Assembly: GCA_965112155.1 (NCBI GenBank)
Contig: OZ218098.1
Source: Podarcis liolepis
Lineage: Eukaryota
Direction: 5' to 3' (one strand)
DNA length: 64,000 nt
The notes below the pieces were generated by a model, which did not search any database, had not been told where the DNA came from, and saw nothing but the letters and a program-made list of their open reading frames with translations. The position numbers and the translations under genes were made by a program. Positions 12,006-50,647 of the stretch are shown here, one piece after another (position 1 is the stretch's first letter; every line of letters starts with the position of its first letter).

Positions 12006-13205
12006 TATTTCAAAAATAACATTTAGAAATTAGAAATGTTAGCTGCCTTTGAGATATAGGAGGTACATAGGTAGATAGGGAGTTAGGTTCTAGTAATAAG
12101 TGAAGTTTAGCCAGGGGTGTGAAGTTCAAAAGTGATTGCATTGCACAGCATACCAAAAAGCTAGAGATCCACAGGTGCAGTAGTGCTTGTGGGCCTCCCC
12201 TTTTCCTCCTGGTTGGACAGGTGACCAACACTGACTCCTCTTTCAGCAACAGAGAGTCTTCCTTGAATCCCTCTTCCCAAACTGGGAAGCTTGCTTCATC
12301 AGAGCCAAAACCATTTGTACGACGTCAACAAAATAGCTCCTTGTGTGGTAGAGTCCATCACTGTCTTAAATCCTGTTTCTGTCTATAAACTAGTCCTTGT
12401 GAGATTGAAGGTGTTGCAGCCCTTTGAAAAGCAAGTGAAGCAGCAGCTTGTGGCATCACAGTTGAAAACTGTGTCTCCAAAGTTGCAAATGAATTTTCAT
12501 TGCTTAAAAAGAGAATGGAAGCAAAGTACCAACTGAGTCAACAGCCAGACATTAGTGAGAAACATGATCAACAAGTAATGACCAACTCTGATATTTCACA
12601 GCTAAATAACTCTAATAGCTAAATTACAATGTCGGTGTCTCACATGTATTCATTCACCAAAGTCTTCCCCAGTTCTTTCAAAAATGTCTTCTTTTTTCAT
12701 TTTCATGCTGTTTGGTTGCTGTCCAAAATCAGGGACAAGAGCCTGGTGATCAAAATGAGCAAACTGGAAATTCCTTCTTCCTTTTAAAATTAAATTAACT
12801 CAAAATGTAGTCCTAAGCTTTCCAAACAATGCTGTTGCTATTTAAAAATCATAACTATTACCCAGACAATTCACAAAAAAATGCCTGTTTCCTACATGCA
12901 ATCTCCAAGACGGTCCTTTGGACTCTTTTCCTTTAAGTATCCAGACTGATTGACTGTGGAAAACTGAGTGTTTTACTTTAGGAAAAGAGCTCTTGCCCCA
13001 CAACCAACTCAAACAGGTGGAGCAAAACATGTGCTTGTTTTTCTAGGTGAAAGCTATATGGCTGTTTAACTCTTGTGAGCATTCCACACAAACACAAACA
13101 GAACCAACAGGGAGGACAGTGTTAAGTGTATGTCATCATAACACCAAACTGTAAAAAGAGCTTATCCCCAAATTTGCACTAAACCCTTCGGGTGTTGCTT
13201 GGAGA

Positions 13206-13376
13206 AAATTAAATTGCACAACGTGATTGGAAAAGGGCAAATCAATCAAAACAGAGCAGTCACCAGGCCATGTATGTATGTGCCCATCTGAGATAACCTG
13301 AGATGTCTGGCTGTTATATTTTGATTGATCTGTCCTTTTTCAATCACATTGTGTTATTGGTGGGCAATTAAATTTC
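13206..13376. repeat. Degenerate inverted repeat (35-bp arms, 67-bp spacer)
   Basis: 13217-13251 cacaacgtgattggaaaagggcaaatcaatcaaaa matches the reverse complement of 13319-13353 at 31/35; all differences are transitions. Confidence 0.8.
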
Positions 13377-16300
13377 ACGAAGGTCTGAAAAGTCACTGGT
13401 GGACAGCACTTGTAGATGAGTCTGGAAATGGGTTGCCTTTCTGCACACAACAGGAATCACTTTTTAACACAGCAGATGGGTTGGTCCTCTGCAAAACATG
13501 CCCTGGAAGGCCACATTTGGAGCCAAATAAAAGATTGCTCATCTGTAGTCCAATGGAAAAGACTGCCATTTTTTATTATTAAAATGTTATTACTCTTTTG
13601 TAAGGGAAATAAACTCTCATGTAAACTGATAATTTACACTGATGTTTTATGAGGGTTTTGTTCACCTTACAAGTACAGATTAGAAAATTATGATTTAAAG
13701 TATTGATGGCATTCTTGCCAATTACCTAGTTTTCCCAATTCCATTGAAAGAAATAACTCTTTAAGGCAGTTAAACTCCTAAACAACATTGAAAAGAGAAA
13801 CTAGCATTTGAGTTGGGTGCAATGCAATGCCACGCTGCTTATATTGTGCAAACCCATTTAAGCAAATGATCTGAAGAAAATGCAAAATTTCTGGATGATT
13901 GAAAGTTTGGATTAAGGTTTTCATGTGACTTTCTTTTCAGAAGAACATTTTTCTTAATTAAAGTCATAATCCATGAGAATGGGTTTTCCTATTGACTAAT
14001 GTATCTTTGTAAGGTGTATTCTTTCATCATTCCGATTTATTTCAGTAGCACTTAATCAATGGGGTTACCTAGTACACTTGCCTTTAAAAGCCCCTAGACA
14101 ACTTTTCTTGGAAAAATGTAAACTATGTGGCCTGTTTCAAGAATGTTTTTTTTAATATTTTCAGTGCCATCAGTTCTGAACTCCTTCACAGAAAATGTTT
14201 CCAGTAATAATCCTATTTAAAATCATGAAAAATAAGTTTTAGAAACAGGTCAATTGATTCCACCATTCCTACTATTTTAACAGAATTACATTGACATGGT
14301 GGTGGGTATGAATTTGGCTACTCAAAACTTAAACAGGAGGAATTCTGCTGTAAGCCTGTGAATATTATTGGCATCAAAGCTATAAATACATAAGCCGATT
14401 GTTTTCTTCTCCCTTGCAGAATATTGCCTAGAACAGAACATTTGAAATAAAAGCTACAGCATCAGTGAACGAAAGCTTACACACTGTTTCTCATCTGTGT
14501 GCCTAGAATGTACTATGCCTCAAGGCTATGTAGGATAACAGCAGATATAAAATGGAAAACACACAACAGGAGATGCACATTGCTGTGTCCAATATATATA
14601 TATATATAATGGCATTTTCCAAGAAAATCAATGGCAAAAATCCCCCAAAATTAAATGGAAATGGGTTCAGTGTCACAAACAGATGCAAGAAACACTTAAT
14701 GATGGTTAATAAGTGTCAGCCGGTAAACAAACGAACCGCTTGCCAAAATGTAAAAGTAGTACCAACGCACAGACTTTCTCCCATCGTGCTTTAAACCCTG
14801 AAAATTGTGCTGTGTCCAGTTAGATGCTTGGGTTGCTGCAGAATCTCACATGCCCCTGAGCCAGGAGCCAGGAACTGGCATGCGAGCTCAGGCATGTTGA
14901 GATGTTGCAGCCTCTCTCCCTGCCATCCCACTCCAGGCGATAGACCCCTGTCAGGATTCTAGACAAGAGTCCTCCAGCACAACGCTGCGTTCAGCTAGTG
15001 TTCTCTAACCCAAGATGCCCTGTGGCTGAGAGAACCGCAGCTTTTCCAGGCAGGCAGCGCTCAGGGGCTCAAGTGGCCTCTCTTCTGCCTAATGAGCAGT
15101 GAGCCAAGGACTCTTCCCAGCCTCTCTCCCTTTGACAAGGAAAAGGATCACCAGCCAGTGAGCCATAAATGCCTCCCTTGCTCTTAATAAACTCAGAGAA
15201 TGTACTGCCACTCTGGTACATGATGGTTGTAGATTGTTCTTCAAATTATACCCCTGGACAAGGGACAAAGTATCAATAAAATAAAAAATTAGGTAATGCA
15301 GATAAGCCTTGTTACTGTACAGATCCAACCTGTAGGAGAAAACTGAATGCCTGCCTAGAGTAGAAAGAAGCAAAATTATTGGGGGACAAAGGAAAGAAGA
15401 AGAAGAAAGCCTTTGTCTTTGGCTCTTTTCACTAGCTCCTTTGGATGAAAGCACCAGGAAGGAGTTTCTTTGTAACTACAGTATAGGCAAGGATGCTGCC
15501 CCACTCAAGTTTTCTCTAACTTGAGCCCTGAAGTTATCTACTAAAGGTTTCTGATGACACGTTCTTAAGATCATTTAACATATGCTACCCATTAACACAT
15601 TGTAATAACCTGTAATCAAGACGGTTTAAAACTTAGGATAGGTTTCCCCCCCTACACACACACACTTTCACTTTCTATTCAGATCTTCCATGCTGATGAC
15701 TATAATCTGTTTTAGTGATGCTCTGAGTACAGAACCAGGAGGTGGTAGTTAGATTAATTAACCTGGAATAAAGAGTGTGATCTTGTGATGTGCAGTAGGA
15801 CACGATTTGGCTCTCATGTTGCTGCAAACGAGGGGGAGTAAAAAAGTAGTTTAAAAATTGATCAAAATATTACTTAGGTTGAAAAGGGTATAGCTGTCTG
15901 ATTTGGATAAGTGTGCGAGGGGTCAAATTCATGCCTATCTAATACGGATATTCATGTTAAGATTCGCACACTCAGTCATGTACAAGGAAGGGAATTCCTT
16001 GGTAGATGGCTGATCCACAGGAGAGATTATCTTGTGTTATGAAGAATCAAGTAAAGCAGAATTCTCCTCTAACCTCCTGCAGTTAATTGAGCTGTTTGTA
16101 TAGGACTGATTTTCCTGATGCCTGCAATTACATGCATGTCATATTATTTTATGCATAAAATGCGTACTCTCTCTCTGAAAAAATATTTAAAATGATCAGC
16201 AGAAATAAATAGCTGACTTTTATGCAAAACATCTCTATTAGTTGTGATTCCTAGGTTGGGTTTTCCACATTATTATAGATATTTATATTTCAGAAAAGCC

Positions 16301-17319
16301 ACCATGCTCATTTTAAACTCATGGGGGGGTGTTTGTGTGTTTTAATTAAAGCCATATTATTATAGGTTATGCTTTTCTGCATTTGTCACGAAAGAAAATT
16401 ATGCATCTGGATGCTTTTATGGTATCAGCAAATTGTCGCAAAGCAGCCACAGTGTCTCCAACTTATAGGAAAGTAGTATTTGATTATGTTATGGCACACT
16501 GAACAGAAGAGAAATGTTATTCTCTGTCTTTTGTGAGTACAGCTTGTGGTGCTTTCTCTTTGATTCCAAATTCCCTGTGCTTTCATACATCATCAGATCT
16601 GTTTTTCCTTGCAACATTGCAAGTAACAGCTGGACCACAATGAACCTCCTCCATAGATGTGGGAATGTTTATATTTAGCTGCCAATGACTAAAGTCCTCC
16701 GGCTTTCACTAGCCAGTCACAATTTGCATTGTTCTTGCCTGTTTATTTTCCTTCTCTCTTTATTTCTTGACATGCACCTCTCCACCCTCGCCCACACTCA
16801 TGCAAAGTGCATTGAAATATTAGCCAGGTTAGAAGTTCATTGGGAAATTACACTAAGAATGTGCTTTGAGAAGGCACATAGAGAGATCGTTTCCTCAGAG
16901 AGCTTATAATGCACCAGTTTAATCATTTAAAAGGAAAAAGTCTGAGGCTGCAATCTTGCAACCAAATATTCCAGTTTAATCCCATTTGATTTAACCTGGA
17001 TTTATTTGAAGATAGATTGCTTTAGGACTGCTGCAGCACTGAAGTAAGTAGAAAATGTTAACCCTTTCTATAAATCCACATTTATGCAGCATAATTCAAA
17101 ATGCAGACCTTCCTTAAAAGTTAGCTAGATTCCTCCCTATTAAACAACTCTTTCCTTGCATACACTTCTGTGCAACAGGATTTTTTTTTTTCCTTTTTAT
17201 AGCTATTATAGAGAGACTTCCATATACAGCTCTGGTGTTCCAGCAATCTGTTAACTTTTCAGCTAAGATTCCAAACCAAGCTATAGAATATATTAAAGTG
17301 ATTTCTTGAGGACCTCCAA

Positions 17320-18426
17320 TATTTAAAAACAGAAAATAATGTCAAAATAAGATTTGTCTGTATAAAAAATATATATATTAAAACCTAACAAGGAAAAAAA
17401 ATTGGCCACACCACACTATAAGGTTAAAAANNNNNNNNNNNNNNNNNNNNNNNNNNNNNNNNNNNNNNNNNNNNNNNNNNNNNNNNNNNNNNNNNNNNNN
17501 NNNNNNNNNNNNNNNNNNNNNNNNNNNNNNNNNNNNNNNNNNNNNNNNNNNNNNNNNNNNNNNNNNNNNNNNNNNNNNNNNNNNNCAAAAATGATTGGAC
17601 TGTGAACAGTAGTACAACTTCAGCTAAGAACAATTAACTTTTGCTGACCAAAANNNNNNNNNNNNNNNNNNNNNNNNNNNNNNNNNNNNNNNNNNNNNNN
17701 NNNNNNNNNNNNNNNNNNNNNNNNNNNNNNNNNNNNNNNNNNNNNNNNNNNNNNNNNNNNNNNNNNNNNNNNNNNNNNNNNNNNNNNNNNNNNNNNNNNN
17801 NNNNNNNNNNNNNNNNNNNNNNNCTTTTCCTATCAAACTTTTCTTCTTTGAAGTTCTCTCTTGATCCTTTGTTTGCACATAAGCATCATCTGTTAATAAC
17901 CTTTGGAAATCCCAACAGATATTTTTCTTACAGAAATCTAATGCCGTATTGTTCCAGGTTGAATTATATGCAATGGAATGATACAAACTTGGAGCATCAG
18001 TCTGAAATCTATGAACAGATTGGTAGAAGTATTCGATATAGCTTGATAAAACTCTTAATTCGTGGCAAAGCTTGTTGATCATGGCTTCCTTTTTTAAAAA
18101 TAAAATAAAAAACACAACTTCATGACCAACACAAAAGCAAACATCCATTCAGTCTACATTGTTCTTTTTTCATTATAACATACAAATGCCCATTTACAAA
18201 TAATACATCAAAATGAATAAAAGTTTGGATACCAAAATGAAGATTTGTTCCAACTGATATAATGCCTTCATGTATACAAAGGTCCATGTTAAAGTCTTTC
18301 TCCATGTGTTATGTCGTAGGGCACAGTTGCAGTACAGACGTACTCTGAAAGCCGTTCTTCTTTTAGAAAACACAGCCAAACCTCCAACTGTTGTCCATAG
18401 AGCCATTTACAAAATCAACACATGGT
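17320..18426 (-). other. PAX6: PAX6 proximal 3'UTR (two N blocks inside); miR-375-type 7mer-A1 site GAACAAA at 18244-18250
   Basis: Long blocks recognisable from the mammalian PAX6 3'UTR, e.g. GATATCAGTTGGAACAAATCTTCATTTTGGTATCCAAACTTTTATTCA-like and CCATGATCAACAAGCTTTGCCACGAATT. Confidence 0.85.
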
Positions 18427-44628
<26,202 letters not shown>

Positions 44629-44638
<10 letters not shown>

Positions 44639-44683
44639 GGTGGATTGATGGAGCAAGATCCCACGTGGCTCGCGGATAAGATT
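44629..44683 (-). CDS. PAX6: PAX6 exon 4 (45 nt UTR + ATGCAGAACA; start codon 44638-44636)
   Basis: ctcatag acceptor, CCACCATG context and gtaagt donor. Confidence 0.95.
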
Positions 44684-45069
44684 CTATGAGTAATAAAACA
44701 GGCTTTAATCAGGGGAGGGAAGCTCGCGGGCAGGTAGTTGCGCTGCGCTGAGTGCCCAGGTCTCCAAGGCCTCGATGCTTTCTGCTGGCCTCCCAAATGG
44801 TGTCAAATATTTTATATATATTTATATATATCATGCGAAAACCCTCCCAGCCCCAGAGCCTATATAACAAAAAACCTGGAAACGTTTCAACCTAGCAAGT
44901 CTAGTTCTTTAAAAAATAAATAAACATAAACCAGCCGTGGCCTTCTCCTCGGCAAACTGGCTGTGGCAGTGAGAGTTCGTGAAACACCAAGGAAAATGGG
45001 TCGCAGTGTGAGCAGTCTTCTAGTGATGGGGGACGGGGACGGGGAAAGTAGAAGGTGCTTCCAACTTGC

Positions 45070-45146
45070 CTGATTTATGAGCGGACTCTCCTCTCTGGCA
45101 ATTTAACGACTCACACATCTGCGTAGCGCTTGTTAAAGTCTTCCCG
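45070..45146 (-). other. PAX6: PAX6 non-coding exon 3 (77 nt) with GC donor
   Basis: cctag|CGGGAAGACTTTAAC...GCAGATGTGTGAG...ATCAG|gcaagt; similar to human exon 3 in length and sequence. Confidence 0.85.
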
Positions 45147-45301
45147 CTAGGATGAGGGGAAAAGTATATTAAAAGTATATTAAGCACTTTTAAATTTGCG
45201 TTCCCTAACCTCCTCCCCGCCACCCACCCCAGTCATAGCCGCCTCGCATTTGGAGGTGGGGGTGGGAAGAGAAAGGCAGTTCAAAAGATTCAGAAACACA
45301 C

Positions 45302-45380
<79 letters not shown>
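45302..45380. repeat. (GA)n microsatellite
   Basis: About 39 units. Confidence 0.95.
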
Positions 45381-45384
<4 letters not shown>

Positions 45385-46379
45385 ATGCCCAAGTTTTTTC
45401 CAGCACGCCTTACTGGAGCGCCTCCTGCCCATAGGAAAGAGTTCTGATCTGTGACACCTTTTGTGTCCGTATTTACAAACAGGACCTCGACTTTGGTTGG
45501 GCTTGGTTTGGCTGAAGGGAGCCGGCGCGACGTCCTCGCGCTGCACTTTGGGGCCAAAGGACCCTTTCTCTGAAAAGAGGTGGCCAGCAGAGTTTGTTGG
45601 CACTTTCTCTCCCTGGGTCCCCCTACCCCAGCTGCAACCTCTCCAGGTTGCTTATGGGCAAATCCTGCTCTCTTGCATGGGGCGTGGGTGGGTGTGCTGG
45701 GACACTTCTTTCCCTTTTTAAACCACACATGTTTGGGAGCTACTTCACTCTGGTGATTCTTTTCGGGGCACTACTAACCATCCTGAAAAAACAAAACCCG
45801 AAGAGGGAGAGAGAAGTGGGGAGGTGGTGGTGGGGGGGGGGGGAGAGAGAGAAATCCACTTATTGTGATTAACTTCTTTTTTGGTCTTTAGATCTTCCCC
45901 TTTTTCACTGTACTGTGACACACGCTGTCTACCTCGCCTCAGTGCTTTAAAAAGTAAGGCCAGGAGGGGGTGAGGGCTGGGAATACAAAGCCTCCAGAAG
46001 GCGAACAATGGCCTCCATTTTACTCCCCTACCCAAACGCCGAGCGCAAGACCCCAGCCAGGCAGCCTCCTCCGGAACGGGCCGCGGCGCAGCCTCCCAAC
46101 TCCGCGTTCCCAACAACCCTCCAACTTACAAAGGAGCGGGTGGGAGGGGGGGGCACACAGCGGCCTTCCTCCTCCCTTCTGTAGGGCCCGCCTTGACCCA
46201 CGCAGCCTGGCCAGCCCCAAGCCCGGGCTTGGGTTGTTTTTGTTTTTAAACCGGCCTTTTGAGGAATAAGACGAGGAATAATGCAACAACAAAAGAAGTT
46301 CTGCAGTTCTTGATGTTCTGTGTTGCATGTATTTATTTATTGGGTCCCAGCGCTTTCTTTTTAGGTTCCCAGCCTAGCA

Positions 46380-46520
46380 GGGGGAAAATAGAAAAGTAAT
46401 TTCTCGTTATAAATATCTGGAGGTAATTATGTTACTGGTGTGAGTTGTTAGGGGTTGTAAAAAGATACAACAGCGCAGTGGGGTGCTCAATTGGGGTGAG
46501 ACAATTACAATAAAGAACCT
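46380..46520. promoter_or_regulatory. Candidate conserved element in intron 2
   Basis: AT-rich complex block inside the GC-rich domain with TAATTA and ACAAT motifs. Confidence 0.4.
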
Positions 46521-47109
46521 ATTCAAGAGGTTTTGCTTTTAAAAAAAAAGAGGGGAGAGAAGACTGAGAGAGAGAGAGAGAGGAGGTAAAATAATGAAAT
46601 AGTGGCAGCCTTCATTTTATTCGCCCCCAAAACCTCCCCCCTTTTTATTTTTTTGGAAGCTTTAAAAAATCTCTTCTCTTTCCAGGCTATAATGAATATT
46701 AATTTTATTCTTTCTACATAGAAAAAGAAGCATCTTCTCCCGGGTCCAAAACGACTCCGGTATGATTTTTTAAAGTGCTTTTTTCCCCAAAGCCATCTAC
46801 GTCCCATTAAAAGGGGAAAAAGAAAATCAACACGGAACAAGGACTCCTCTCTCAGCGTGAATGAGGCGCGCGGTGGTAAATATTTACTCCGCTTTGGAGA
46901 GGCACCTGATTAGCAGCCGAGCCAAGCGCCCTGGACCCTTCTCCGGAAAAAGCCGGTGCCTCCAGTCGCCCAGAGTTTCCAGAAGGCGCCCCTTTAACAC
47001 ACCAAACACGTCTGCCGGGACACACGCTTGCACGCCGGACAACCGCTCCAAGACAGAAAGACGCCGAAGCGTGAGAAGCAACGAGAGAGAGAGAGCCTTT
47101 TTCGCCCAG

Positions 47110-47870
47110 GCGCGGGGGACTGTTATTGTGAACACTTCCCAGTCTCTGCTATACCAACTGGCGAAATGCATTTTAAGGAACTCACTTTGGCACTTATTTG
47201 GGGTGTTAACAAACAAAGACGGCTAGCTGGTTTCAGGCACCAACAAACAAACCGAGGCGTTATTCTGATGAATCCGTGACAGCAAAATTGGGGTAGGGGG
47301 GAGTGAAGAGATAAAAGAGAGAGAGAGAGAGAAAGATTTGGGCTTTTGGGCTATTTTAATTAGAAGGTGGACTGAGCTCTACAACCACCAGCAAAACCGA
47401 CCCTTCTTCCCTTCCCCCACCCGGAAGCGCAATAATGGTGGAGTTTCTCTCTTTGCCAGAAAGTAGCTCCTTTTTACCGAATTTTTAAAATGAAATTATT
47501 CACAAAGAGATGCAGGTAGGCAGAGAGCAGCCTCGATCGAATACCCCGGTGAGATTACAAAACCTAAGCGAAACGCAACGTCTCCTTGGTCCCGGCTAGG
47601 CCTAATCTGCAAATTCCTATTTAAATCTCCAAATCTGGATCTAATCTGATCGTCTTTGAGATTTGATCCTCCCCTCCGCTGCAAACATAATTAGCTATTA
47701 AGATGACAAACGTTTACAATCCCGGGCCGAATAAGCAAAAGATAAACGCTAATTCATTGGCGTGGAGACGTTTGCTAAAGGTCACCGGCTATAAAAATTT
47801 ATTGCCAAAGACCACAATTATTATTTTAGGCCTATAAAGACGCTCACCCTCCAGCCATAATGAATGGCTT
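47110..47870. promoter_or_regulatory. Candidate conserved elements in intron 2
   Basis: Blocks at 47115-47290 (aacaaacaaag, tgacag) and 47680-47870 (taatta, gtttac, ctaatt) are dense in Fox/Sox/homeodomain motifs. Confidence 0.35.
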
Positions 47871-49215
47871 CACTTTCTGGAAGGAACTGCTCGGTGCTCT
47901 CGACTGGGCCTGAAAAGTTTATTTGTAAGCCTGGTCGCATCAGGAGTTTCTCCCCTCGTATTTTAAACCCCTGATTTGAAGAAGCCAGTGGTTTATTATT
48001 CCCTCCCCCTAGTTAGATTAGTTTAAATAGAGTTAAAGAAAACATACAGAAGTTTATTCTTGCACTCCTGAAGCGATCACTTGTGCAGCCCTTGCCTATG
48101 CAAGTTCACTCAGAAATGCTTTTTGTTTCAGTGACGTTTATTCTCACATGAAAGTGTGCGTAAAATCTCAGCCTCAATGTATGGCGATAGAGGTGGAAAC
48201 ACTGAAGAAGCGAGGAGGTGGGGAATGAACTTTTTTTGGGGTCGCCCTGCATTTTACGTGAGTCTGGGCGAAACTTCGAAACATCCACCCAACAAGGAAA
48301 TGAGATTTCGAAAATCCAAAATCAAACCAAAACAACAGCAACAAAAAACCCATTTGCTACTTGAAAAGGAAGCAGGCAACATTCTCTAGCCTAGAAACTT
48401 GTGGAGAATGGGGTGGGGGGAGCTATTGATCGCAGATTCTTTGGAGCGCAAAACTCAGGAGACTTAAACGATCTCGGAGATTTGAGTGAAGTGCTGGGGG
48501 GGTGGCAAAGAGCGCAGAGAGAGAAATGTTATTTTTTTGTGGCTGTTTTTGTTTAAACAGTTTGTACTTCGAGCCAGGTAGTGATCAAGTTAGAAAGTTC
48601 TGCTCATTCCTAGTCTCGTCGTGGACAAGTTTGGGGAGATCTCGCGGCTGCTTGATTGAGAGTGACAGTCCTTCAGCTCCGCTCAGACCTTCCCGGATAC
48701 AACTACTGAGACCTGACTTGGCCTAGAATGTGACTCTGTGTCGTCGTCCCCCCCTCCCGCCGGCCCGCGTGTCTCTCTCTTCCCCATTTCCTTAAGGTCG
48801 GTTAGTTTGAGGGGGAAAAGAGATATAGACATAAATAAAGGGAGAAGCGAGAGTTGCCTAAACGAAAGTCCCTCATCAACACACACGCATACGCACACAC
48901 AGCTTCAGCTTGACGGAGATACAAAGCAACCAGGGAAAAGAAGCGGGGGAGAAAGACGCTGAGCTTGGATGGACCCAGCTTCCCAAGAAAGCAAGCGGCC
49001 GAGCAACGCAGTGTGGTTCATAACGCCTCCTTCACAACAACCGCAACAACAAATGCCCCTCATAGGAACCAGGTGTGATGCATTCTCGTGTGTGTGCGCG
49101 CGCTCAGATGATCCCTACAGCTTTGGCCGTCCCTACCGCACTGTGCTAAACGGAGTAAGCCTTTCGTGGGGCTCTGTCTAGCGGAAAGGCCGGGCGAGTC
49201 TGCTGCTGTTGCTAT

Positions 49216-49217
<2 letters not shown>

Positions 49218-49270
<53 letters not shown>
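49218..49270. repeat. (GA)n microsatellite
   Basis: About 26 units. Confidence 0.95.
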
Positions 49271-49273
<3 letters not shown>

Positions 49274-49542
49274 TTTCTCAGAAAACAGGGGCGGGGGTCG
49301 GTCCATGAAGGAGGAAGAGGAGGAAAAAGAAGAGGAGGAGAAAGAAGGCTGGAGCGAAAAGGACAAAGTTTGGAAGCCTTTGAGACTGGCCTCTCGTTTA
49401 AGATCCTTTCCCGGAATGTAAGAAATGGTGTGTATGTGAGCGAAACAGGGGGGGGGGAGAGAGAGAAAGGGGGGGGGAGAGGGAGAGACCTGTCTAAATA
49501 TTAAAATGAACTGAAGCGAGGAGAAGAAACGAGCAGACTCAC

Positions 49543-49688
49543 CTTTCTGAGGCATCCTGTCTTGTTGTCAAAGCTCCTGTCAATAGTTTTAAAAAGCGCC
49601 CCTGATTTGAAATGATGGTGCCTTAAAAAGGGTTGCCAGTAAAAGAGTTTTTCTCCACTGAAGCTGCTGGTTGTGTGATCTTGAGTTC
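49543..49688 (-). other. PAX6: PAX6 non-coding exon 2 (146 nt), with uATG at 49555-49553
   Basis: cccag|GAACTC...GTGGAGAAAAACTC...CATTTCAAA...GGATGCCTCAGAAAG|gtgagt matches mammalian exon 2. Confidence 0.9.
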
Positions 49689-49810
49689 CTGGGAAGGAGA
49701 CAGAGATTGACAATAAAATGGGCTGTCACTGACTGGAGAGGGAGAAAGAAAGAGGATGTGAGCGAAGTAGGGGGGAGAGAGGGAGGGAGAGAGGGAGAGA
49801 CAGAGCACAC

Positions 49811-50050
49811 CTATGCTGATTGGTGATGGTTCAAGTGTATTAATGTATGTGTGCGCCTGGTCTCTGCCTCGCCTCCCCTGCTCCCCACTGGCCCATTAGC
49901 AAAGCCTGACCTCTGTCATCATCTTCCAGCAAAACACTTCCTCCCTGCGCCTGAACCAGAGCGGGAAATGAGGCTGAGCCAGGGCTCGCTTTTCAAACCC
50001 ACTAATCACTCCACGCATGCAAATGCTCCGCTCGCTCCCACACAAAATAT
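49811..50050 (-). other. PAX6: PAX6 exon 1 (P1 transcript; 5' end approximate)
   Basis: ...CATTTCCCGCTCTGGTTCAGGCGCAGG...GACAGAGGTCAGGCTT...CCATCACCAATCAGCATAG|gtgtgc is near-identical to recalled human exon 1. Confidence 0.9.
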
Positions 50051-50150
50051 TGCTTTATGCAAAGCAACGCCATTGCCTCCTAGCTGCCGATTGGACGCTC
50101 ACTCGCACTGCCTGGTTCAATTGGCCCATTTGTTTGAATATGAATGCACT
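50010..50150 (-). promoter_or_regulatory. PAX6: PAX6 P1 promoter
   Basis: Two minus-strand CCAAT boxes (~50090-50094 and 50120-50124), an AATATTT TATA-like element (~50045-50051) and octamer ATGCAAAT at 50017-50024. Confidence 0.85.
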
Positions 50151-50580
50151 GGCTTCTCTCTCTCTCCCCTGCTCCCCCCCCCAGCTCCCCGCTCCTCCTC
50201 GCTTAGATTCCACCGACCTCTCTCTCCCCCTACACCCGCCCCCCCCATCTCCAGCCCTCTTTGCCCTGAGTTCCTCTGCCACCATCCCTGGGCTCAAATG
50301 CGAGGCTCCGGGACGCGCGGTGAGCGGACAGGCACCCTCCGCTAAGGTTTCGGGGTTTTTTTTTGGGGGGGGGGACACAATGTTTTCCTGGTTAGGGTTT
50401 AGTCATGTCTCCCGGCTGAACTTTTTTATTTTTTGCCTCTTTGCCTCCTTCCCCACCTCAGAGATCCCCTCTGTTCGCCCCATTTCCTCCGAGATAGGGC
50501 CTGGAGTAAATAAATAACGTCGCTCGGAAAAATAAAAACGAGGACTGCCCTTTTCTTTCCAAGGCGATCTAGGTTTGTGC

Positions 50581-50598
50581 GGGCGGGCGGGCGGGCGG

Positions 50599-50644
<46 letters not shown>
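50581..50644. repeat. (GGGC)5-(GT)22 compound repeat upstream of P1
   Basis: Seen directly. Confidence 0.95.

Positions 50645-50647
<3 letters not shown>

Noticed and set aside
17654-17823. miR-7 site and proximal AATAAA of the PAX6 3'UTR
   Set aside because: Expected here from mammalian sequence, but the bases are N and cannot be confirmed.
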